Source: an uncultured Candidatus Saccharibacteria bacterium (lineage in GTDB: Bacteria; Patescibacteriota; Minisyncoccia; UBA6257; CAYRSR01). Taken from it: DNA of 64,000 nt. Shown one piece after another: positions 56,251 to 64,000 of this stretch. Under the pieces are notes generated by a model. That model was not told the DNA's origin. It saw nothing but the letters and a program-made list of their open reading frames with translations, and did no database searches. The first letter of the stretch is position 1; each line of letters begins with the position of its first letter. The stretch covers positions 2,769 to 66,768 of the forward strand of contig CAYRSR010000004.1 of NCBI GenBank assembly GCA_964427275.1, given 5' to 3'. The position numbers were made by a program, and so were the translations under genes.

Positions 56251-58509
56251 GTGTACATGAAAAAAAGGAGAGTTAAAAAACCCTTTTCAGATTTTTGGTA
56301 CAAAAAATATTTGTCTTCTAGAGATTTTTTGATTATAGAAAATAGTTTTCAAAGAGAACAACAACAAAAGCAGGAAACCATATTTTCTCTAGGGAATGGA
56401 TTTATCTGTTGTAGGGGAACTTTAGAAGAAACTCCGGTTGGTTGTAATCCAGGAACTTATTGGTCTGGTATATATGATCAGCAAGGAGTGCAAGTTACCG
56501 AGATTGTAAATCTTCCCAATCCATTTAAATTTAAAATTAAAGTTAATGGATTAAAATTAAATGTTTCTGAAGGATATTTAAAACACCAAAGGATTTTAGA
56601 TTTAAAAAAATGCGCATTGTTTCGAAAGACTATATTTGATATAAAAAGTCAGCGATTTGATTTCCAGTCCTTAAGGTTTTTAAGTAAATCAAATCCTCAT
56701 TTAGGTGCATTTCAAATATTGTTTACTCCTTTAACTGGCGATGTAACACTTGAAGTAGAAAACTTTATTGATTCTCAAGTTGTAAATCAAAATTCCAAAG
56801 TTTGTCATTTTGAGGTATTAAAATCAATTTCCAGAAAGAACTATGAGTTGTTGCATATTAAAACTCTAGAAGATAGGTATTCGGTCTGCTATGCAGCAGC
56901 ATTAAAGATTAAAAAACAAAATCAGGAACATTTAAATTCTAACAAGCTTTTAAGGTTTAAACTTAAAAAAGGAGAAACTATTAGTTTTACTAAGTTTTTC
57001 TCGATTTATACAACCAGAGAAACTGCAGCTAAAAATCTGGAAGTTTTTGCCAAAGATGACTTAAAGGAAGCTTTAAATACTGGCTTTGAGGAATTATTTT
57101 CTCGACATATTAAATTCTGGAATAAAATCTGGAAAGAGTCGGATTTAAAAATAACTGGGCCATTAAATATCCAGAGAGCTTTAAGGTTTAATATTTATCA
57201 ACATCTGATAGCTGTAGATGAAAGAAATCCTGATATTGGCATACCAGCCAAGGGGTTGACTGGTGAAGGATACAAAGGGCATATTTTCTGGGATGCTGAA
57301 ATATTTAATTTACCATTTTTTGTATTTAATGCTCCGCAAATAGCTAAGAACTTACTGATTTATAGGTACAGTTGCCTAAAAGAAGCCAAAAAAAGAGCTA
57401 AAGATATGGGGTATCAGGGAGCTTTGTTTGGCTGGGAAACAGCTGATAGCGGAAGTGACTGCACTCCCTCCGGAATTCAGGGTGAAGAGATACTTACAGG
57501 TAAGTATGAACAGCATATTTCTGGCGATGTTGCCTTTGGTGTTTACAATTACTTTCGGGCAACTGGTGATGAGCAGTTTATGCTGGACTATGGTCTGGAA
57601 ATTATTTTTGAAACCGCTCGATTTTGGGCTTCCAGATTAACCAGAGGAAAGGACAATTTTTATCACTTAAGTCAAATAATGGGACCAGATGAATTCCATT
57701 TAATTGTGAATGATAACACTTATACCAATTACCTGGCTAAGTGGAATCTATCTATTGCCAGTAGTTTATATAGACAGTTTCTTTTTCACAATCAGTTTGA
57801 AAAGGTTGTTAAAAAAATTGGATTGACAAAAGCAGAAATTGAAGAATGGAATAAAAAAGCTGGAAATATTTTTATTAGTAAAAGACAGGACAGTTTGATT
57901 TTTGATAGCTTTAAAAATTACTCCCGGAAAAAGTATCTTCCAATTAAAAAGAGAAATGAACTGGGATTACCACTTAAGCCGGAACTGAGCTTGAAACAAC
58001 TTGGCAAAACCCAGTTAATCAAACAGCCAGATGTAGTTATGCTATTTTATCTATTTCCAGAACAGTTTGACTTTAAAACTATAAAATCCAACTTTGAATT
58101 TTATGAGCAAAGAACTGTTCATCATTCTTCTCTTTCTGCACCTATCTCTTCTTTGGTAGCTTTATATAGTAAAGATTATTCCAAAGCTAAGTATTACTTT
58201 TTATTAAGTCTTTTTTGCGATTTAAAAGATTTTTATAAAAATACTGTTTCAGGAGTTCATATGGCTTCTTGTGGAGGAGTTTGGCAGGTTATATTTCGCG
58301 GATTTTTAGGAGCAAGGTTTAAAAATGGAAGTTTGGAATTTTGTTCAAATGTTCCTAATTATTTGAAGTCGATAAAAATGAGGTTTAAGTTTAAAGGTAG
58401 AAATTTTGAAATTAAAGCGACTTCAAAAAAGCTAAAAATAAAGTCTTTAAGTAAACTACCAGTCAAAATTGAATCTAAAAAGAATTTTGCCAGAATTAGC
58501 GTTTCTTGA
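56251..58509 (+). CDS. Glycoside hydrolase family 65 (disaccharide phosphorylase-like)
   Basis: SLGNG...RG, KGLTGEGYKGHIFWDAE, GPDEFH, KQPDV, HHSSLS. Confidence 0.93.
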   Translation: MYMKKRRVKKPFSDFWYKKYLSSRDFLIIENSFQREQQQKQETIFSLGNGFICCRGTLEETPVGCNPGTYWSGIYDQQGVQVTEIVNLPNPFKFKIKVNGLKLNVSEGYLKHQRILDLKKCALFRKTIFDIKSQRFDFQSLRFLSKSNPHLGAFQILFTPLTGDVTLEVENFIDSQVVNQNSKVCHFEVLKSISRKNYELLHIKTLEDRYSVCYAAALKIKKQNQEHLNSNKLLRFKLKKGETISFTKFFSIYTTRETAAKNLEVFAKDDLKEALNTGFEELFSRHIKFWNKIWKESDLKITGPLNIQRALRFNIYQHLIAVDERNPDIGIPAKGLTGEGYKGHIFWDAEIFNLPFFVFNAPQIAKNLLIYRYSCLKEAKKRAKDMGYQGALFGWETADSGSDCTPSGIQGEEILTGKYEQHISGDVAFGVYNYFRATGDEQFMLDYGLEIIFETARFWASRLTRGKDNFYHLSQIMGPDEFHLIVNDNTYTNYLAKWNLSIASSLYRQFLFHNQFEKVVKKIGLTKAEIEEWNKKAGNIFISKRQDSLIFDSFKNYSRKKYLPIKKRNELGLPLKPELSLKQLGKTQLIKQPDVVMLFYLFPEQFDFKTIKSNFEFYEQRTVHHSSLSAPISSLVALYSKDYSKAKYYFLLSLFCDLKDFYKNTVSGVHMASCGGVWQVIFRGFLGARFKNGSLEFCSNVPNYLKSIKMRFKFKGRNFEIKATSKKLKIKSLSKLPVKIESKKNFARISVS

Positions 58510-58542
58510 CCCATTTTTAAATCAGCTTTATAATTCTAGTAT

Positions 58543-59469
58543 ATGAACATCTACGATTTAATAATTATTGGAGGAGGTCCAGCTGGAATTACTGCTGGCA
58601 TTTATGCTGCTAGGCAAAAGCTCAATACATTGTTGATTACCAAAAGTTTTGGTGGCCAGGTAAACAGAAAAGCAGTAGCCATTGAGAATTATCCTGGTTT
58701 TGAAAAAATCTCCGGGAGTGATTTGATAACAAAGTTTGAACAGCAGTTAAGAAAAACTGGAATAGAAATTAGACGAGACGCAGTGGTAAAGGTTAGTTGG
58801 CTGAAGCAAGAGTTTTTAGTAGAAACCAAGACCAAAAATCAATTTAAATCTAAAGCGGTAATTGTTGCTTCTGGTGCAGATCCCAGACCACTGGAAGTTC
58901 CTGGAGAAAAAGAATTCATTGGAAAAGGGGTAAGCTATTGTACTGCCTGTGATGCTCCTTTATATCGAGATAAAACTGTGGCAGTAATTGGTGGGGGGAA
59001 TTCTGGATTTGAAGCAGCAATTGCATTAGCTAATTGGGCTAAGCACATTTATATCCTAGAATTTCTATCTCAGGTTTCAGCTGATGAAATTAATCAAGAG
59101 TTAGTTCAAAAAACTGGAAAAGTGGATGTAATTACTAATGCCAAAGTGGTTGAAATAAAAGGTGATGAATTTGTAAATTCAATTGTTTACCAAGACCGTG
59201 AAACCGGACAATCTAATAGCCTTTCTTTGGATGGAGTATTTATTGAAATTGGTTCTCAGCCAGCTACTTCATTTGTAAAGGACCTGGTAGATTTTAACTC
59301 TAGGGATGAAATTAAAATCGATCCATTTACTAACCAGGCTAAAACTCCAGGATTGTTTGCTGCTGGAGATGTAACTGAAGTTAAATATAAACAAATTGTA
59401 ATTGCCTGCAGTGAAGGTGCAAAAGCTGCTCTTAGCGCTGATAAATATATAAAAAAGTTACTTAGTTAA
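58543..59469 (+). CDS. trxB: Thioredoxin reductase (TrxB/AhpF-like)
   Basis: GGGPAG, IENYPG, GVSYCTACD, GGGNSG, FAAGD. Confidence 0.93.
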   Translation: MNIYDLIIIGGGPAGITAGIYAARQKLNTLLITKSFGGQVNRKAVAIENYPGFEKISGSDLITKFEQQLRKTGIEIRRDAVVKVSWLKQEFLVETKTKNQFKSKAVIVASGADPRPLEVPGEKEFIGKGVSYCTACDAPLYRDKTVAVIGGGNSGFEAAIALANWAKHIYILEFLSQVSADEINQELVQKTGKVDVITNAKVVEIKGDEFVNSIVYQDRETGQSNSLSLDGVFIEIGSQPATSFVKDLVDFNSRDEIKIDPFTNQAKTPGLFAAGDVTEVKYKQIVIACSEGAKAALSADKYIKKLLS

Positions 59470-59475
59470 AGGTCG
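59469..59475 (+). promoter_or_regulatory. AAGGTCG leader motif
   Basis: 24 nt upstream of ATG 59500; overlaps the trxB stop codon. Confidence 0.7.
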
Positions 59476-59499
59476 AAAAAGTTGAATTGTCAAAATATT

Positions 59500-59766
59500 A
59501 TGAAAGTTTTAAAATTTGGAGCTAGCTGGTGTGAAGGTTGCAAGGTGATGAAACCAAGGTGGGAAGAAATTGAAAAAGAATATCCCTGGCTGGAAACTAA
59601 ATTCATTAGTATTGATGAACACCCAGAAGCAATGAAAGAATACAAAATTATGAGTCTACCAACTGCTATATTTTTGGATAAACAAAATCAGGAAATAGCC
59701 AGGTTTTCAGGAGAAGTAGAAAAAGAAGTATTGATAAAAGCAATTTTAGAAAATAAGGACAAATAA
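59500..59766 (+). CDS. Thioredoxin family protein
   Basis: FGASWCEGC, SLPT; ATG at 59500. Confidence 0.9.
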   Translation: MKVLKFGASWCEGCKVMKPRWEEIEKEYPWLETKFISIDEHPEAMKEYKIMSLPTAIFLDKQNQEIARFSGEVEKEVLIKAILENKDK

Positions 59767-59778
59767 AATCAACTTCAG

Positions 59779-60468
59779 ATGAACAATTCTAAAAATGATT
59801 ATATTAGATTGTCTCCTTCTACTTTAAACCTGTTTTTAGAATGCAAAAGGTGTTTCTGGCTTCAGGTAAATAAAGGAATTCATCGACCCACAAGCCCTTT
59901 TTCATCTTTACCTGGTGGAATGGATGGGGTAATTAAGAAATATTTTGATAAATACCGATTATTAAATACTTTACCTCCTGAAATCAAAGGAAAAGTTGTT
60001 GGTAGCTTGATGACTGAACTAGAATTACTTAATCAGTGGAGAAACTGGTATACTGGACTAAAGTATATTGATTCAACTAGAAAAGGAATTCTAATTGGAG
60101 CTTTAGATGATTGTCTCAAAGATGGCAAATACTATATTCCAGTTGATTATAAAACCAGAGGTTACCCGCCTTCTCAAAATAGTTCAGAAGAATATTATCA
60201 ACATCAATTAAATTGTTATACTTTCTTATTGAAGCAAAATGGTTATCCGGTAAAGAATTTTGCTTATCTAATTTATTATTATCCCAGGCAAGTTAAAGAG
60301 AATGGAATAGTTGAATTTAATGTGGAGCCAATAAGAATCAAGACCTACCCCGAGCAGGCTAAAAAAGTTTTTGAACAAGCTCTTGATTTATTGAAAGGTG
60401 ACTTGCCAGAAAAACACTCCAAATGCTCTTATTGCAATTGGGCTGGAGATGTTTCTGGATTTGAATAA
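59779..60468 (+). CDS. PD-(D/E)XK nuclease (Cas4/AddB-like, Cys-ligated)
   Basis: LSPSTL, CKRC, GALDD, VDYKT, QLNCY, CSYC. Confidence 0.85.
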   Translation: MNNSKNDYIRLSPSTLNLFLECKRCFWLQVNKGIHRPTSPFSSLPGGMDGVIKKYFDKYRLLNTLPPEIKGKVVGSLMTELELLNQWRNWYTGLKYIDSTRKGILIGALDDCLKDGKYYIPVDYKTRGYPPSQNSSEEYYQHQLNCYTFLLKQNGYPVKNFAYLIYYYPRQVKENGIVEFNVEPIRIKTYPEQAKKVFEQALDLLKGDLPEKHSKCSYCNWAGDVSGFE

Positions 60469-60475
60469 AAGGTCG
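60469..60475 (+). promoter_or_regulatory. AAGGTCG leader motif
   Basis: 18 nt upstream of ATG 60494. Confidence 0.7.
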
Positions 60476-60493
60476 GCTAAAATACAATAATTA

Positions 60494-60934
60494 ATGAAAC
60501 TTACCAGTCCAGCATTTAAAAATAACCAAAATATTCCTGAAAAGTATACCTGCGATGGAGAAAATTTAAGCCCGCCTTTGTTTATATCTGATATTCCGGT
60601 AGGTACTGAAAGCCTGGTTTTAATTGTAGATGATCCCGATGCTCCATCAGGATGCTTTGTTCATTGGACGTTATGGAATATTTCACCCCAAACTACAGAA
60701 ATTCCAGAAGGCAAGATACCTGAGAATGCGATTGAGGGAATAACTGATTTTGGAAAACCTGGTTATGGTGGTCCTTGTCCTCCTTCTGGGATCCATCGAT
60801 ATTTTTTTAAGATTTATGCTTTAGATACCAGACTAGAGCTTGATTCCTCAGCAACTAAAGAGGATATTGAAGAAGTAATGGAAGGACATATTCTGGAGAA
60901 AGCCGAGTTAATTGGTTTATACCAGCGTAAGTAG
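60494..60934 (+). CDS. YbhB/YbcL (PEBP/Raf kinase inhibitor-like) protein
   Basis: YTCDG, DDPDAP, FVHW, YGGPCPPSG, HRY. Confidence 0.95.
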   Translation: MKLTSPAFKNNQNIPEKYTCDGENLSPPLFISDIPVGTESLVLIVDDPDAPSGCFVHWTLWNISPQTTEIPEGKIPENAIEGITDFGKPGYGGPCPPSGIHRYFFKIYALDTRLELDSSATKEDIEEVMEGHILEKAELIGLYQRK

Positions 60935-60967
60935 ATTAAATATTTTTTTTGTGGTAAAATTAAATTG

Positions 60968-61300
60968 ATGATTAATATTGAAATTAAAGTTCGGCAATTA
61001 TCTAAAACTAATACCACTACAACTTTTGAGGTAAATATCATTACTGGAGAAACTCAAACTAAACACCTGGTTTACTTAGATAATGCTGATTATCAGGAGT
61101 TAACTGCTGGTAAGATAACTCCCGAGGAATTGGTTAGAAAAACAATGGAATTCTTACTTCAAAAGAAACCTAAAGAGTCAATTTTAAGAGAGCTTGATAT
61201 TGGTCAGATATCTGGCTACCTTCCTGAGTATCCAGAGCAAGTTAAAGAGTGGCTGAAAGATTTACCTGCGACCGAAGATGATTTGTCTTCAACCAGATAG
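60968..61300 (+). CDS. Hypothetical protein
   Basis: 110-aa ORF; extended -10 (TGgTAAAAT) 7 nt before ATG. Confidence 0.75.
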   Translation: MINIEIKVRQLSKTNTTTTFEVNIITGETQTKHLVYLDNADYQELTAGKITPEELVRKTMEFLLQKKPKESILRELDIGQISGYLPEYPEQVKEWLKDLPATEDDLSSTR

Positions 61301-61306
61301 TTCGGA

Positions 61307-61313
61307 AAGGTCG
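61307..61313 (+). promoter_or_regulatory. AAGGTCG leader motif
   Basis: 18 nt upstream of ATG 61332. Confidence 0.7.
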
Positions 61314-61331
61314 GAATAATTTATCTGCTAA

Positions 61332-61544
61332 ATGGATCGAGAAGAAAAAATTAAACTGGCTATTTTTTTAACCGGGCTTCTAGCTGCTGGCAGTTTAGCT
61401 TCTCAAAAAGGAGTTAAACCAGTTGGACTTTCTGATTATGCCTGGGGGTACTTGTTTAAGAATTGCTACCAGGGAGTAAATGAAATGATTAAAATGGCTG
61501 ATGAAATGGACTCTAGCTCGAAACCTAAATCTAAAAAAACTTAA
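61332..61544 (+). CDS. Small hypothetical protein
   Basis: 70-aa ORF with N-terminal hydrophobic stretch. Confidence 0.65.
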   Translation: MDREEKIKLAIFLTGLLAAGSLASQKGVKPVGLSDYAWGYLFKNCYQGVNEMIKMADEMDSSSKPKSKKT

Positions 61545-61562
61545 TTGTCTACGTAGTTTAAA

Positions 61563-63161
61563 ATGAGTCAGGTTTTACTTATCTTCACAGGGTTAGGATT
61601 GTTTGTGTTTGGTTTGATACGGCTGAGCCAGGAAATGCAGATGATAATTAATGTTAGAATCAGGAAGTACATTAAACAGGTAATTAAGCGGCCTTTTCAA
61701 GGGGTAATTTTGGGCAGTATTGTTACTGCTCTTTTTCAAAGCAGTGGCGCTACTACGGTTTTAACGGTGGGTATGGTTAGTGCTGGCTTGTTTAGTTTCT
61801 TTAATTCACTGGGGGTGATTTTGGGAGCTGACATAGGAACTACTATTACTGCTCAATTAGTGGCATTTAGAATTACTACCATTTCTCCAGTTTTTGTAAT
61901 ATTAGGAATTATAATCTGGCTTTTAGCCAGAAATATCAAATGGAAAAGAACTGGTGAAGTAGTATTTTATTTTGGCTTGCTGTTTTTCGGGTTATTAATA
62001 ATGAGTCAAAATTTAACTCCTTTAAAAAACAATCAATTGTTTATAAATTTTATTCAACAGGCTAAAAATCCACTATTAGGAATATTTGGTGGACTAATTT
62101 TTACTGGAATAACTCAAAGCAGTTCAGTTACTACTAGTATTTTAGTTCTTCTAGGACAAAAGGGATTAATAACTATTAGAAGTGCTTTTCCAGTAGTTTT
62201 GGGAGCTAATATTGGCAGCACCTTTATTACATTACTAGCTAGTTTAAAAGCAAATATTAGTGGCAAGAAAGTTGCCCTGGCTCATTTTTTGTTTAAGTTT
62301 TTGGCAGTAATCATGTTTTTTCCATTTATTTCAATGTTTGCTAACTTTCTGGAAAACTTGTGGTCATCAAATGTAGCTCAACAGGTTGCCGGTGGACATT
62401 TTCTGTTTAATTTAATATTAGCTGGCGTGTTTTTAGGTTTACTTAAGCCATTTGCTAACCTGATAAACAGGTTAGTTCCTGGCGGTGAAGAAACTTTACC
62501 ATTGTGGCCAGAGTACCTGGATAGAAGCTATCTAACCAGACCAGATTTGGCTGTTCCAGCGGTAAGAAAGGAACTTGCCAGAGGTCTAAAATTGACCAAG
62601 CAGATGTTTTTAGATAGTAGTAGTATAATTTTTGAGTTCAGAAATTCACTAGCCCAGAAGGTTTTTTATATGGAATCAGTGATAGACAATCTGCAGGCTG
62701 AAATTATGCAGTTTTTAAATTCTATCTCAGCAAAGTCGCTTACTCCAAAAGACTCCATTACCATAATTTATTATGCAGCAATAACTGACAAGGTTGAAAG
62801 GATTGGAGATCACTCAACTAATTTAGCTAATCTGGCTTTGCATAAGGACCAAAGTAAAATTGAATTTGGCTTAGAAACAAAATCAGCTATCAGTCATCTT
62901 AAAGATTTGGTATTAGAGAATCTAAATGATACAATTCTTCTTCTGGAAGAAAAGAATTTAAATTTAATTCAAAGGATTATTTCCAGAGAAGATAAGATTA
63001 ATAAAGAGATTGAACAGGTTAAACAAAAGCAGTTGAAGAAGTTTTATCTACAGGCTGAATTGGTAGTAGCCGGTTTTATTTTTAATGATATATTGATTAA
63101 TCTGGAAAGAATATCTGACCATTGCGAATACATAGCCAGGCATTTAAAGGAAATAATCTAA
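61563..63161 (+). CDS. Na+/Pi cotransporter family protein with PhoU domains
   Basis: QSSGATT and QSSSVTT repeats, GADIGTT/GANIG, ERIGDH, LERISDH. Confidence 0.93.
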   Translation: MSQVLLIFTGLGLFVFGLIRLSQEMQMIINVRIRKYIKQVIKRPFQGVILGSIVTALFQSSGATTVLTVGMVSAGLFSFFNSLGVILGADIGTTITAQLVAFRITTISPVFVILGIIIWLLARNIKWKRTGEVVFYFGLLFFGLLIMSQNLTPLKNNQLFINFIQQAKNPLLGIFGGLIFTGITQSSSVTTSILVLLGQKGLITIRSAFPVVLGANIGSTFITLLASLKANISGKKVALAHFLFKFLAVIMFFPFISMFANFLENLWSSNVAQQVAGGHFLFNLILAGVFLGLLKPFANLINRLVPGGEETLPLWPEYLDRSYLTRPDLAVPAVRKELARGLKLTKQMFLDSSSIIFEFRNSLAQKVFYMESVIDNLQAEIMQFLNSISAKSLTPKDSITIIYYAAITDKVERIGDHSTNLANLALHKDQSKIEFGLETKSAISHLKDLVLENLNDTILLLEEKNLNLIQRIISREDKINKEIEQVKQKQLKKFYLQAELVVAGFIFNDILINLERISDHCEYIARHLKEII

Positions 63162-63169
63162 AATTTTTA

Positions 63170-63865
63170 ATGTTGAAGTCAAAACATAATTTCATTGTTA
63201 TTGGATTAGGCGGCTCAATAATAGTTCCTGGAAAAATACAGATAGATTTTCTTAAAAAGTTTAGGAAACTTATTTTGACACTTATAAAACAAGGACACCG
63301 GTTTGTGATAGTAACCGGAGGAGGAAATATTGCCAGAAATTACGTTCAGTCTGCGGTTAAAATTTGTAAAGTATCTACTCAAGATAAGGACTGGTTGGGA
63401 ATACAGGCTACCAGAATCAATGCTTATCTTCTGAAAGCTATGTTTACAAATAAGTGTTGTCCGATAGTTTTGGATTGCCCGGATAAAAGGGTTAATCTGA
63501 AAAAATATTCAATATATATTGGTTCTGGTTGGAAACCGGGTTTTTCTACTGACTATGATACAATTCTTTTAGCTAAAAAGTTTAGAGCAGAAAAAATTAT
63601 TTTTGCTACTGATGTTTCCCATGTTTATGAGAAAGATATTCGAAAGTATCCTCAAGCTAAGCCAATGAAAAGAATTACCTGGAAAGATTATCGAAAATTA
63701 ATCAGTTCAAAATGGAGACCAGGAATGAAAGTTCCGGTTGATCCGGTAGCTGCAAAGTTAGCTCAAAAATTGAAATACAAAGTAATTATAACCAAAGGAA
63801 ACAATTTAGGTAATTTAAAAAATATAATTGAGAATAAAAAATTTAAAGGAACAATAATCGAATAA
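63170..63865 (+). CDS. pyrH: UMP kinase, archaeal type
   Basis: LGGS, VTGGGNIAR, DWLGIQATRINA, GWKPGFSTD, DPVA, GTII; ATG at 63170. Confidence 0.9.
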   Translation: MLKSKHNFIVIGLGGSIIVPGKIQIDFLKKFRKLILTLIKQGHRFVIVTGGGNIARNYVQSAVKICKVSTQDKDWLGIQATRINAYLLKAMFTNKCCPIVLDCPDKRVNLKKYSIYIGSGWKPGFSTDYDTILLAKKFRAEKIIFATDVSHVYEKDIRKYPQAKPMKRITWKDYRKLISSKWRPGMKVPVDPVAAKLAQKLKYKVIITKGNNLGNLKNIIENKKFKGTIIE

Positions 63866-63907
63866 TTAGCAACCATCTTTCAATTTTCAATTTTCAACCT
63901 TCATTGG

Positions 63908-63934
63908 ATCTGTTGACTTTGTAAGTCAATAGAT
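63908..63934. terminator. Hairpin downstream of pyrH
   Basis: ATCTGTTGACTT-TGT-AAGTCAATAGAT. Confidence 0.55.
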
Positions 63935-64000
63935 TAGATAGAACTACTTTCATAATAAGGTAGTTGTGTACTTATTAACATTTTTCACGATCGCGAAATT

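Noticed and set aside
263-61041. Short antisense or nested ORFs in the track (e.g. 263-445, 17897-18421, 23570-23938, 31702-32034, 45124-45429, 49056-49340, 57428-57640)
   Set aside because: They overlap well-supported genes and show no motifs; treated as shadow ORFs.

Overview
AT-rich, gene-dense bacterial chromosome segment, most likely from a Patescibacteria/CPR (Parcubacteria-like) genome. This assignment is an inference from gene content: rplK not followed by rplA, N-terminally truncated RF1, short EF-Ts, short SMC, DUF5667-like surface protein, and archaeal-type PyrH, PGI/PMI, RtcA and translin. Standard code is used (TGA = stop, tRNA-Trp CCA). The window holds fragmented housekeeping operons, five tRNAs, a ~15 kb surface-glycosylation locus followed by two secreted proteins, a ferredoxin/thioredoxin/FTR cassette between tRNAs, and several self-contained accessory cassettes. 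The strongest unexplained signals are non-coding. (1) An AAGGTCG motif lies 16-26 nt upstream of six start codons that lack Shine-Dalgarno (SD) sequences. (2) A family of heptamer-built palindromic spacer elements ends on the start codons of rpmG, rnj and rplY; one copy has a perfect 16-bp terminal inverted repeat. (3) Genes appear to sort into three initiation regimes: leaderless, AAGGTCG and strong SD. No CRISPR array, rRNA, transposase or integrase was seen. All calls are from motif recognition by eye; no searches were run.
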